From positions 1-58,715 of the forward strand of contig JAHBMJ010000030.1 of NCBI GenBank assembly GCA_018398765.1: a stretch of DNA of 58,715 bases, given 5' to 3'. Source of the stretch: Chromera velia (Eukaryota). The notes beneath the pieces are model-generated. The model saw nothing but the letters and a program-made list of their open reading frames with translations, was not told where the DNA came from and searched no databases. The position numbers were made by a program, and so were the translations under genes. Of this stretch, positions 11,690-22,481 are shown one piece after another (position 1 is the first letter of the stretch; the number at the start of each line of letters is the position of its first letter).

Positions 11690-13590
11690 GAGAAAAGAAG
11701 AAAATCCAGAAAGGAGAAGTAGACAAAGGAATGAGCGAAGGAAGGAAACAAGGAATGGATGAATGAATGAATGAATGAATGAATGAATGATCGATCAATT
11801 AATGAGCACATGATTGATAGAGTGAAAAAAGGAAGGACGGAAAGAAGGCAGGGAGAATTAAGAGAGAAAAAGGTCGACTGATGTACTGACTTGAAGGAAG
11901 TCATCAAAAACAGAGTTCACGTGAGTGTGCGGAATGCCCATTCCAGTGTCTTCCACTGTAATTCTCATCGAGATATTCTCTTGCTTGCCGTCCCACACCA
12001 GAGTGTGATAGCCTGCATGCTCACATATACACATGCACGCATATACAGAGAGATACATGCACACCTGAATGAAGATGCACAATTACTTTTTGGATTTCGA
12101 AGCAAAGGAAGAAAGAAGAGAGAGTCAAGCGAAGAGGCAGAGGAAGTCGCGGTGTGAAAGCAGAGAGAGAGAGACTCCAGCGACAAAGGCTTCAGATTCA
12201 TTCATATCGATCGATCGATTGAGCAAAAAAACACCCGCCGTCATTGGCTTTCCTTAATTCTTGGAAGAATGCGGGCGGGCTTCGCGTCCTGTCAATCGGC
12301 CTTCCCTTCCTGTCTGCGTTCGTGCCTGCCTGCGTGCCTGCCTGTCTGCATGCGATGGAGGCAACATTCCCGCAATAGCCTGTTGAATAAAGGAAAGGCG
12401 CAGGCAGATGATTTGATTGACTGACTGTGTTGCATAGGATTGCTGGGTGAGTTGATGTCTCCGAGTTCGACCGGTGGATCTTCCAGTGTCCCGACGAGAC
12501 GCGGTCTGTTGGAGGGGCTCTCTTCCAGGCAGATCAATCGGATGCCCCCTGTCTCGGTGAATTTGACCGCATTGGCCAACAGAACTACCACGGCCTGCAT
12601 CAACAACTGGCGGTCCACCAGAACTTTTCGGGGCAGATGCCGTGCCACTTCGAGGGAGATGGGAAGATTCTTTTTGTATGCCTGCGCAGCCACCATGTCA
12701 ATGCAAGACTGTAGGAGTACAACAAGATCAGTCTCAACCAGCGTTACTCCCTGGGCCCCCGTGCTCATCCTGGAAAGTTGTAAAGTGTTTTCAACCAGAC
12801 GTAAAAGCTCACCTCCCGATGCTGCAATTGTCTGTATACACTCCTGCTGCTCTGCTGAAGGGCCCATTTGCTCGAGCACTTCACACATGCCGAGAATACC
12901 ATTGAGGGGGGTGCGCATTTCGTGCGACACATTGGCCATGAAGGTGCCTCTTTGGAGCTGCATCTGCGAGTGCAACTCATGAGCCCTATGGGAACAAATA
13001 CAAACGGCACAGGTGGTCAGGAAAGGCTCAAGAGCCTTGACGTGAGACTGAGCGTAACCGCCCGGCCTGTTGGCAAAGGCTGCCATGCCAATGAACTCTC
13101 CCTTAAAAAATATGGGAATGCCAATATAAGCAATCACATCAGGATGTCCAGGAGGAGCTCTGTACTTCCCCCCCCTTCTCTTGTCCTTTCTCGCATCGTC
13201 AGAAATGATAACTTCTTTTGAACTAAGGACCAGGCCCAACAATGAATCCAAATTTCGAAATTCACCCCCACGAGAAAGAAACGCCTTCGATTTCTCATTC
13301 CATGACACATCGGAAAGTGCATGGGTGAGAAGATAGGGATCTCGTGTCACCTCATCCTGTTTGATCTCGTCTATCAGACCGAACTTACTCCTGGTTAGAA
13401 GAACCAACTGTTCCAGCAAACCGTTCAGCACTTCTGCAAGCGTGTGGTTGCTGGAAATTGCTTGATGAGCTTTCGTGATGGCAGAAAGGAGTTGTTTTTC
13501 CGCACTGCTACTACCGTCCAGAAGGTCATTTTGGGCGCAGATGGAGGAGCTGCCGCTGCTACTGCTGCTGCTTTCCGATTGGTCGGCCAT
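8784..13590 (-). CDS. Hybrid sensor histidine kinase (GAF-HisKA-HATPase_c-linker-REC), 3 exons: 13590-12426, 12012-11891, 11099-8784; ~1200 aa
   Basis: H-box FMANVSHEMRTPLNGILG, N-box LLANAVKFT, G1 VEDTGMGI, F-box VFDDFLQ|V, G2 GGAGLGLAIAK; receiver LVVDDTEIN…ILMDVHMPQMDG…FLAKP. GT-AG introns join in consistent phase (1, 0). Confidence 0.93.
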
Positions 13591-14330
13591 CTAAAATCAC
13601 GTCATCTTGAGGGACGCATCGGTCGGTTTTTTCGTCAGTCGGTCAAAAGCCCGACCAAAAGTACTCGATGGAAAGCGCCGAAAAGACTCGAGCTCGCAGA
13701 ACTCTCTATTACATGTGCACCGAAACTCTGACATGCACGCTCCGAATTGTGGTTAAGGCTGCTACGGTTGGAATGACTGTGAATCTCTCAATTAAGACAC
13801 GATCCTTCGAGCATACAGGCAGAACCATGTACGTATGCACATGCACATAATGCACACGTATATTCAATCATGCATGCATTTTTGCCTGGAGCCGGTTGGG
13901 GACGCTGGACCCCGGGGTCCGACCTGCCTGCATACATGCATGTCCACGGGCCGGGGCCGCGATTGACGCCGCGCCAGTGCAACATAGGCTCGCCGCGGCC
14001 GTGTAGAATCGCCCCTGGACATCCCCTAGCTGACCGCGCATATTCGGTGTAACGGCACTGTATTTGCTGAAATTCTGCTGAAGGATGATGACAGGGGCGA
14101 AATTTCTTCAATTCAAGTGCGGACTCAGGAGACATTGGCTTCGTGTTGAGGAAGTTTGCGGAATAGATGGACGCTAACGATCCCACAGAGCATGGCTGTT
14201 TGTCTGCGTGGGTATCATCTTTGTTTTCTGACCTGCCCAGGTTGTTTAACGTTCTCTGTTTGTTTGCTGGTGGGTATCCACAGGCAACCGTGAAGAGGGC
14301 GTCTCTGCCTCTGGCTGTCCATCTGAGACA

Positions 14331-17300
14331 ATGAGGCTTTTCTTAGTACTGGGGTGTCTGATTGCGCATTCAGTGCTGAAAGGTGGGTCTCATGCATTGT
14401 CAAATGAAGCTGCACTTTTCACGGCAATTGCGAACTCAGTTTCAATCTGCTCGTATCCTTTGTGTGTTCGTGCAGGGTCTGTGTGTGTGAACAGCAGTTC
14501 TGAGGATCTGGGGGTCAGTTTGCGTTTCTTTGGAGACACGTGCTTATTTGGAATGCTTGCCGGCTTGCAGGGGAGATACAGTGTACATGAGTGTATGTAT
14601 GCTTTTCACTTGCAGTTGGCCAAACGCGAGGAGACGGAGACTGCCCTTCTGGTCCAGTCTCTCAACACCTCTCCAGCGTCTCCCATCTCCACCGACTCCG
14701 AGGATAGAGATGCTTCTGAATACGAAGAAGAGTGGGTGGATGGAGAAGGAGAGGAGGAGACAGACTGGGAGGAATGGGGAGACGGAGACTGGGAAGAGGA
14801 GGAAGGTGAAGAGGATTTGTGGGAGAAGAAGATAGAAACAGAAGGAGGAGATGGGTGGGAAGAGGATGATGAAGCGATGGAGGAAGAGGAGGTTGTTGTC
14901 CCAACGGAAGAAGAAGAGGAAACTTCACGATCCTCAGGAGGGAACGGGACTGAGGGACCGCCCCTTCCCCCCTCTGCGACCCTCTTGGAAGAGAAGGTGA
15001 TGTTGTTGGGGGTCGAGGGGGAAGAGGAACACGAATGGGTAGAGGATGACAGCGACCTGAACCTGTCTATCTATGGACATGAAGAAGAAGACCAGGAAGA
15101 AAGCGAATTCGAAGATGAAGACCAGGAAGAAGACCAGGAAGATGAAGAAGAAGAGGAACAGGACGAAGAGACACAGACGCAGTCGGAGGAGGAAGAAGGG
15201 AAGCTGTCGTTGGAAGCGTCAAGTGTCTCCCTTGTCTCTGTCTCCAGCAACTCGACAGCTCTTCAGTCGTTGTCGGGTGGCTTCCCTCCTCATTCCCCTC
15301 TCCCCTCTCCCAGAAATTCTGTCTCTGTTTCTGACAATCATCTGATCTCAACTGTCTCTGTCTCTCTCTCAGACGACAACCTTTCGTCTCAGATGGGTGC
15401 CTCAGATCATGTCGATAGACGTCAACTACAAAGAGGCAGGGGGAGAGGGGGGGGAGGAGCCCGTCGGGGCGGCGGCGGTGGCATGAGGCGTGGCAGTGGA
15501 GGGGGGAGGCGCCCAGGGGGAGGTGCACGCAGACCCCCGGCAAGGCGCCCAGGGGGAGGGGCACGTAGACCCCCGGCAAGGCGGCCAGGGGGTGGAGGGA
15601 GGCGCCCACCTGCTAGACGGCCTGGTGGCGGCGGCAGGCGCCCACCCCCAAGACGGCCGGGCGGCGGCGGCAAGGGAAGGCGCCCACCTGCTAGACGGCC
15701 TGGTGGCGGTGGAAAGGGAAGGCGCCCACCTGCTAGACGGCCTGGAGGCGGCGGCATGCGCCCACCCCCAAGACGGCCGGTCGGCGGCGGCAAGGGAAGG
15801 CGCCCACCTGCTAGACGGCCGGGCGGCGGCGGCAAGGGAAGGCGACCACCTGCTAGACGGCCTGGTGGCGGCGGCAGGGGTCCAGGCGGCCCTCTCAGAG
15901 GGCCTGGAGGGGGAGGGAAGGGGCGGCGCCCCGGCGGAGGCCGCCCCCCTGCCCGAGGAGGAGGGAAGGGGCGGCGCCCTGGTGGAGGCCGTCCCCCTGC
16001 CCGAGGAGGAGGGAAGGGGCGGCGCCCTGGTGGAGGACCCCCCGTCCGACGAGGAGGGGGTAAGGGAGGAAGGTTCGGTGCTGTTGGTCGTGGTGGAAAC
16101 GGAGGAAGGTTCGGTGCTGTTGGTCGTGGAGGAAAGGGAGGAAGGTTCGGTGCTGTTGGTCGTGGTGGAAAGGGAGGTCGCCGTGGCTTTGGCGGTGGCA
16201 AGGGAGGAAGGTTCGGTGCTGTTGGTCGTGGTGGAAAGGGAGGAAAGGGAGGTCGCCGTGGCTTTGGCGGTGGCAAGGGAGGAAGGTTCGGTGCTGTTGG
16301 TCGTGGTGGAAACGGAGGAAGGTTCGGTGCTGTTGGTCGTGGAGGAAAGGGAGGAAGGTTCGGTGCTGTTGTTGGTCGTGGTGGAAAGGGAGGAAAGGGA
16401 GGTCGCCGTGGCTTTGGCGGTGGCAAGGGAGGAAGGTTCGGTGCTGTTGGTCGTGGTGGAAAGGGAGGAAAGGGAGGTCGCCGTGGCTTTGGCGGTGGCA
16501 AGGGAGGAAGGTTCGGTGCTGTTGGTCGTGGTGGAAAGGGAGGAAAGGGAGGTCGCCGTGGCTTTGGCGGTGGCAAGGGGGGTCTCCGTGGTCGTGGAGG
16601 CCGGGGAGGGGGGAGATTCGGCGGTGGACGGCGGTTTGGTCGTGGAGGGCGTTTCCGCAGAGGAGGGTTGGGGGTTGGCAGAGGGGGTGGACGTGGAAGA
16701 GGAAGAGGAAGGGGGCGGTGGGGACGGTATGGGCGTGGCCGGGGCGGATTCGGTCGCTGGGGGGGGCCCTGGGGAGGTGGTGGCATCTGGGGAGGTGAGC
16801 AGCTCGTTTTCTTTCATCACCGCTTCTGTTTTTTTCCTATGTTCGTCTCTTTGGTTGAAACCATCTGTTAATATGCTGGGGTGAGTTTCGTGGATGCTTC
16901 TCGGTTGGTGACGTGCTTGTCTCCCTTGCTCTCAATAACCTTTCAGTCTTCCCTAGGTGTCTGTCGTTGTACGAAGGTTTTTGTGCTCTGGGTGTGTGGA
17001 CATCGATATGTCTCGCTTCTTGTGTGCAGGCGGCGGCTTCTACGGGGGTGGCGGTTTCTTTGGAGGCGGCTTCTGTGAGTCGTATCTTTTTTTCTCTTCG
17101 TTCTGTTGTTGATTTTGTCTTTCTTTCCCTCCTTCGGTCGGTCGGCCGGTCGGAAGTCTGCAGCAGGGCTCTGATTTGTCTGTTTCTCTTTCTTCCTCCG
17201 GCCTGTCTTTCCCATATTTTGATCCTTACTTTCCTTTTCTCCGGCTGATTTCAGGAATTCAGACGGAACCATGTCTGTTTTTCATCCTGCCTGAAAAGGA

Positions 17301-18076
17301 AAACTCACAATTTATTCCTCACTACTTCTGGATTATTGTCTGTCTGTCAGTCTGCCTCCCGGATTGAGTCCTTCGTTTGCTTCTCTCTCTAATTGAGTGG
17401 GGGGTGGCTGCATGTGCGTGCAGATGGGTACGGAGGGTACGGATTTGGAGGGGGATTCGGCGGTTTGGGCGGCTGGGGAGGAGGGTGGGGCGCCTACACA
17501 GCCGGACTCCTCACGGGCGCCCTCATCGGTGGAGGGGGGTGGGGGTACGGATGGGGGTATGGGGGGGGGTACTACGGTGGATATGGCGGTTACGGAGGGG
17601 GGTACTCTGTGCATCTATTTCCGTTTCCTCTAGTCTTGCGTGCCATCTTCTTTAGTTCCTTTCCGGCTGTTTTCATGGAAGGAAGACAGGAAGGGAGGGA
17701 AAAAGAAAGAAGGAAGGAAGGAAGAAGGGAAGGAGGAGGAAAAGGAGGGAGGGAGGGAGGGAGGGAGGGAGGAAGGAAGGAAGGAAGAAAAGGAGGGAGG
17801 AAGAAAGGAAGAAGCGAAGGAAGCTGACCCGACGGACATGCAGGGACAGGGGGGGGGACATTGATTTGCTCATCCCTTCTTATCTTCTTCTATCTTATCT
17901 AGTGTATGTGACTAGGGCTGACACACACACATACACACACACACTTTAGCTTTCTTTTTTGAATTGCCGAAGGGGCTGTAGGGCTCTTTCTTGGCTGTGT
18001 TATCAACAGCAGCAGAACGGACGGTCCTCGCGAGGAAGGGAGGGAGGAAGGGAGACGGGTGGACACGCAAAGCACG

Positions 18077-18113
<37 letters not shown>

Positions 18114-20349
18114 ACAGACAGTTAAGCGCACACGGTGACCGCACTTCAACTGCTCACTTGCCTGTCTGACTATCTGTCTGTCTGTCTGTCTGTCTGTCTG
18201 TGTGCAGGGTACGATTACGGGTACAGCGGTTACAGGTATGGATCCTATTATGGTGCTGTTGGCTGCGGTGAGTGCTCTGCTCTTTTCTGTTGCTCTCTCT
18301 CTCTCTCTCTCTCTCTCTGTGCGTGTGTGTGTGTGCGTGTGTGCGTGTGTGTGCGTGTGTCTATCTCTGTTTCTGTCTCTGTTCTATCTGCGTCTGTCTC
18401 TCTCTGTTTCTCTGACTTAAACGAAGAGACGCATGAACGCGCGCAGGAACAAAGGTATGCGTGAATGAATAAATGCGTGCATGCAGGATACGGAGGGGGA
18501 TACTACGGTTCCCAAATCTACCCAACGACAGTCATCAACACCTACACATCCTTCCCCGTTGCCTCCTCCCTCTGTTACCAAGACTGCTACTACCAGGGAT
18601 TTGAGGGGTCAGTCTGCGATCCGCTGTCTCTTCGCTTTTCGTCTGTCCACCTATGTACCTATACCTGCCTTCTTTGCTTTTTTGATTGAATTGCAGTCCT
18701 CACCTTGAAATGAATGACTTGTCCCATGCATTCTCTGTTTTCTTGACAACGTTTTTGAACCCGATGGTTTCCTACCCGACTGCCCTCCCCCCTGGTGCAG
18801 GTACTACGGCGGCACTGCAGGGTCTTTTTTTTCATACAGAATAAATAAATAAATACAATAAGAATTCTGTATGAAAATAAATACGTGCAGGTACTACGGC
18901 GGCACTGCAGGGTATTACACGTGAGTCGGGCCTGAATTAATTTCTTCCCTCTGGCTCTATCGGATGACTGGTCTACCCGTCCTTCCTTTCTTCTTCCTTC
19001 CTCTTTCTTTCTCTTTGTCTTTCCTGCAATTTATTTGTCCCCCCCCCGTTGCCTCCAGGCACTTCAACCTGCACCCCATCTTTCCCGCCACCCACCTACG
19101 CTGCTCTTCCTCTTAGAATCCTTCCTACTCTCCTTCCTCCTTCCCTTCCATTTCTCGTGCTTCAACTCCTGATAGCTCTTTCTGTTTTCCGTCGTGGTCG
19201 GAAGGAATGTCACAAGAAGTAGGTAGGCCCACCTCGATGATGTTTGCATTCCTTCCGCTCTTCTGTCCTTTCTTCTTATACGTTCTCGTTAATTGTCTCT
19301 CTCTCTTTTCACGCAGGCCCGTGTACTACAAGGAACAAGCCGGGTTGCCCTACTCTCCCCCAGTCGACACGACCGTCAGCGTTGTTGTTGAGGACCAACC
19401 TCAGGCCGCAAACGCATACGATGGCCCTGTGGTAGTCGTTGTGGAGGCACCAGGAGGGACCCGGTCCGAGGTCGCTGTTCCTATCGCGCCCCCTGCGGCA
19501 CTCTCTGAGAACGAGGCCCCGGCAGACCCTGCAGACTTCTGTCCCTGTCAGAATCCGGGAGATCCCCATTTCCCCTGTCCTGCCGACATGCCTGAAGGCT
19601 GGTGTGCCGAGAACGCGCCTGCCGAATTTGAGGCCGTGTGCCCCTGTCAGAATACCGGAGACGCCAACTATCCGTGTCCCGATGACATGCCTGAGGGATG
19701 GTGTGAGGCCAACGCAGAGGCAGACCCCGAAGACTTCTGCCCCTGTCAAAATCCCGACGACGAACATCACCCCTGTCCGGATGACATGCCAGAGAACTGG
19801 TGTCAAGAGAACACACCCGTCGACCCTGCAGACTTCTGCCCCTGTCAAAACACAGGAGACGTCCATCACCCCTGTCCCGATGACATGCCAGACGGATGGT
19901 GCGAAGAGAATTTCCAGCCTCTGCCCCCTGTGACAGAGTCCCCACTGGACGAAGGCACGACCCCTGTGTATGAAGACGTGTGCCCCTGTCAAAATACCGG
20001 AGACGCCCATCACCCGTGTCCCTCCGACATGCCCGAGAATTGGTGCCTTGACAACGCACCCCCTGACCCTGCCGATTACTGCCCCTGCCAGAACACAGGC
20101 GACGCCCACTACCCTTGCCCGGAGGACATGCCGGACAGATGGTGTGAGGACAACTTCCAGGCTCCCCCCGTAACGGCGGTCCAGCAGCCGGCAGACCCTG
20201 CAGAGTTCTGTCCGTGCGAACGTCCCGGAGACAGACACTACCCGTGCCCCACAGACATGCCAGATGGCTGGTGTGCGCAGGCAGAGGGGGGGGGCGCTGG
20301 AGGGGTTCGTCAACTGGCTACGGCGGTGTGGAATATGTTTTTCTCTTGA
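14331..20349 (+). CDS. Secreted modular wall/adhesive-like protein, paralogue A. Exons ~14331-14382, 14476-14513, 14616-16794, 17030-17074, 17424-~17600 (donor uncertain), 18208-18267, 18487-18607, 18891-18920, 19317-20349
   Basis: Signal peptide MRLFLVLGCLIAHSVLKG; Glu/Asp-rich domain; RRQLQ; Arg/Gly/Pro repeats; Gly/Tyr/Trp exons; 7 CPCxxxxDxxxPCPxDMPxxWC repeats. Exon sizes 52/38/45/60/121/30 match paralogue B exactly. Confidence 0.85.
15500..16580 (+). repeat. Coding tandem repeats in exon 3 of paralogue A (RRPPARRPGGGG(KG); GGRFGAVGRGGK; GGRRGFGGGK)
   Basis: Nucleotide repeats such as GGCGCCCACCTGCTAGACGGCC and GGAGGAAGGTTCGGTGCTGTTGGTCGTGG recur many times in frame. Confidence 0.9.
18795..18913. 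mobile_element. AT-rich palindromic mini-insert (18824-18884) between 29-bp direct repeats covering an acceptor plus exon start
   Basis: GTGCAGGTACTACGGCGGCACTGCAGGGT at 18795-18823 and 18885-18913; insert carries the perfect 14-bp inverted pair TTTTCATACAGAAT / ATTCTGTATGAAAA. Confidence 0.7.
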
Positions 20350-20557
20350 AAAGAAGGGAGGACGGATGGGGTGATAGGAGGGAGATCTTGGGAGTGGAAT
20401 TAAAGGAAGGAAATTGAATGGGGGGGGTGGGGTAATGCATTCATTCCATTCCGCCGATGGATGCGTCTTCAGTTGTTTACGACTCGACTCCATGGAGCCT
20501 TTGCTGCACATTTTGTTGTTGTTCTTTCATGTTCTTTCGTCAGTGCGTATCTGAGTA

Positions 20558-20611
20558 AATTCATGCGGAGGGAGGGACGGCTTGCTGTCGCCGCGCGACC
20601 TCTGTCCCTCC
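20558..20611 (+). promoter_or_regulatory. Conserved putative 3'-UTR stem-loop, identical in both paralogues
   Basis: 54/54 identity to the reverse complement of 51451-51504; GGAGGGACGG pairs with CTGTCCCTCC and GTCGC with GCGAC. Confidence 0.55.
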
Positions 20612-21727
20612 TCTCCCCTCCGTGTGTGTGTGGTTCTCTTCTCTCTGCCTACCCTCCTGCCTGCCTGCCTGTCTGAGTGATCCTCCGACATACTCGCGCC
20701 TCCCTCCCTCCCTCCAATTTGTCCCCCTCCGTGCGAGTCCTGAGGGCTCTCTTGACGACACACAACGCTTTGGTACTGAAGAAGGAATCACCTGACAGAC
20801 ATGCAGACTTTTTCGATTCTCCTTTTCCGTCATTTATGAATGACGGCAGAATGCAATGGACACTCCCGGCCCTGCATGGAGGCGTCTGTCTGCATCCATC
20901 CCAACGTCTCCCTTCCTTTCTGGAATCTGCACATTCCTTCCGGATCATTCACTTCTTCTTCTTCTTCTTCTTCTTCTCCTTCTCCTTCTTCTCCTTCTTC
21001 TTCTTCTTCTCCTCCTTCTCCTTCTCCTTCTCCTTCTTCTTCTTCTCCTTCTTCTTCTTCTGCTTCTTCTTCTTCTTCATTGAAGCACGCTTCTTCATTG
21101 CAGCCGTGCTTCAACGTCCAAGCCATCTGACCTGCATATCGATGCAAGTCCACGACAATTGAAGCAGACATCACCGGTCTGCTGCATAAGTCCATCAATG
21201 AATGAAATGAAGGCGTGCTTGCATAAAGGGCAAATATACAAGACTGCATGCATGTGTGTCTGTGTGCGTGTGATTGATCGATCGTGAAATCAATCAATTC
21301 CTGCCGGCAGGCACCGCTGTGCTTCCGGTTTAATTTGTTGTGCCACTCCCTGCGTGAAGTGCAATAAATGAATGACCACAACGGGGAGCAATCTGACTGT
21401 GAAAAAGGGGTGACAACTTGAAGTGTTTTCACCTATGCAGCTTTTCACACGTGACACATCATGCTGGACATGATGCGTAGCTATTCCTAGCATCATGCTG
21501 CATGCACTGCCCGGAAACAAATTTTTATGAAAGCTTACTTGTATCTAGAGTCTAGACTTGTATAAAACTATAGATAAAACTGAATAATACAACATCATTG
21601 TATTAGTATACTATAAATACACAAAACGTCATCATTTAGAACAAGCTAACTAACCAACCAGGATTAGTGATAAGTGATTTAGTAGTGCCCTAGAGCACTG
21701 TCACCGTTTTAGGATTAGGAGACTATG

Positions 21728-22341
21728 ATAGGCGTGGTCGCTACGACAGGATTACAGGATTACATTGTGTTTGGGGCTGGAGCCCTAGACCTGCATGCCA
21801 GTTACCTGACTCGTTAGATAGATTATACTAGATTATACTGTATTTATACATATTAAATCTTCAAAAAAAAAAATCTATCTAACGAATCTAACTAATCTAA
21901 ACTAATTCACAAAAAACTTATCCCTAGACTTCTCCTTTCTCCAAGAATTTAAAGTTATCAGTAAAAACTGAAGTCTTGGAATTTCTTTTCCCAGGTAACT
22001 CTCTCAGATCCCGCCTAGCCTCCCGCAGTTAAAGAGACGATCTTCCAAGAGAAATTGTAGATTGAGCTTCAAGAAGACTTGAAAGTCAATGATGATCGAT
22101 AGGCCGGCACAGTCATTAGCTTACTTAAGAAGGCTGGCGCGGAAGAGCAGCCTGAGTGCCGAGCCTGGCTGCTTAGGTTGCTCAGCAGGCAGCAGCCCCA
22201 AAGAGTATATAATCTAATCTAAATTTAAGTTAATTTTGCGTTTTAGATTTTTTAGATAGATCATTATCTAGATCATTATATTAGATTTGGGGGAATAAAA
22301 AATTTAATCTAACACAAAATCTATCTAAAGACCACGCCTAT
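21728..22341. mobile_element. Possible degenerate DNA-transposon remnant
   Basis: 12-bp inverted pair ATAGGCGTGGTC (21728-21739) / GACCACGCCTAT (22330-22341), subterminal TTAGATAGATT/AATCTATCTAA motifs, AT-rich interior with no ORF. Confidence 0.4.
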
Positions 22342-22481
22342 AGAGACCGTGCCTAGGTTTTCTATTTTTTTTTTGTTTTATGCTAGGTTTTACGTAAATT
22401 ATGATTATTAATATAATCATCAGCTTCTGCATGCTACTATGATGCTAGCCAACCTAGCTTCCATCTCAGGTTATTCATCAA

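Noticed and set aside
13788..14186. 132-aa minus-strand ORF between the kinase and paralogue A
   Set aside because: Non-ATG start, no recognisable motif, and it lies in a probable divergent promoter/UTR region.
15422..16884. Long overlapping ORFs (antisense Pro-rich 454 aa, antisense Thr/Ser mucin-like 464 aa, alternative sense frame 464 aa)
   Set aside because: Shadow frames of a G-rich coding repeat; only the Gly/Arg frame connects to the signal peptide and to downstream exons conserved in the paralogue.
19309..20511. 400-aa antisense ORF (and 51579-52688, 51524-52663)
   Set aside because: Antisense or alternative-frame shadows of the Cys-repeat exon.
20558..20611. SECIS element
   Set aside because: No AUGA/GA quartet or apical AA motif, and no in-frame internal TGA in either paralogue.
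20830..21432. Poly-Glu / poly-Phe / poly-Leu ORFs
   Set aside because: Translations of a (TTC/CTC)n microsatellite at ~20953-21080.
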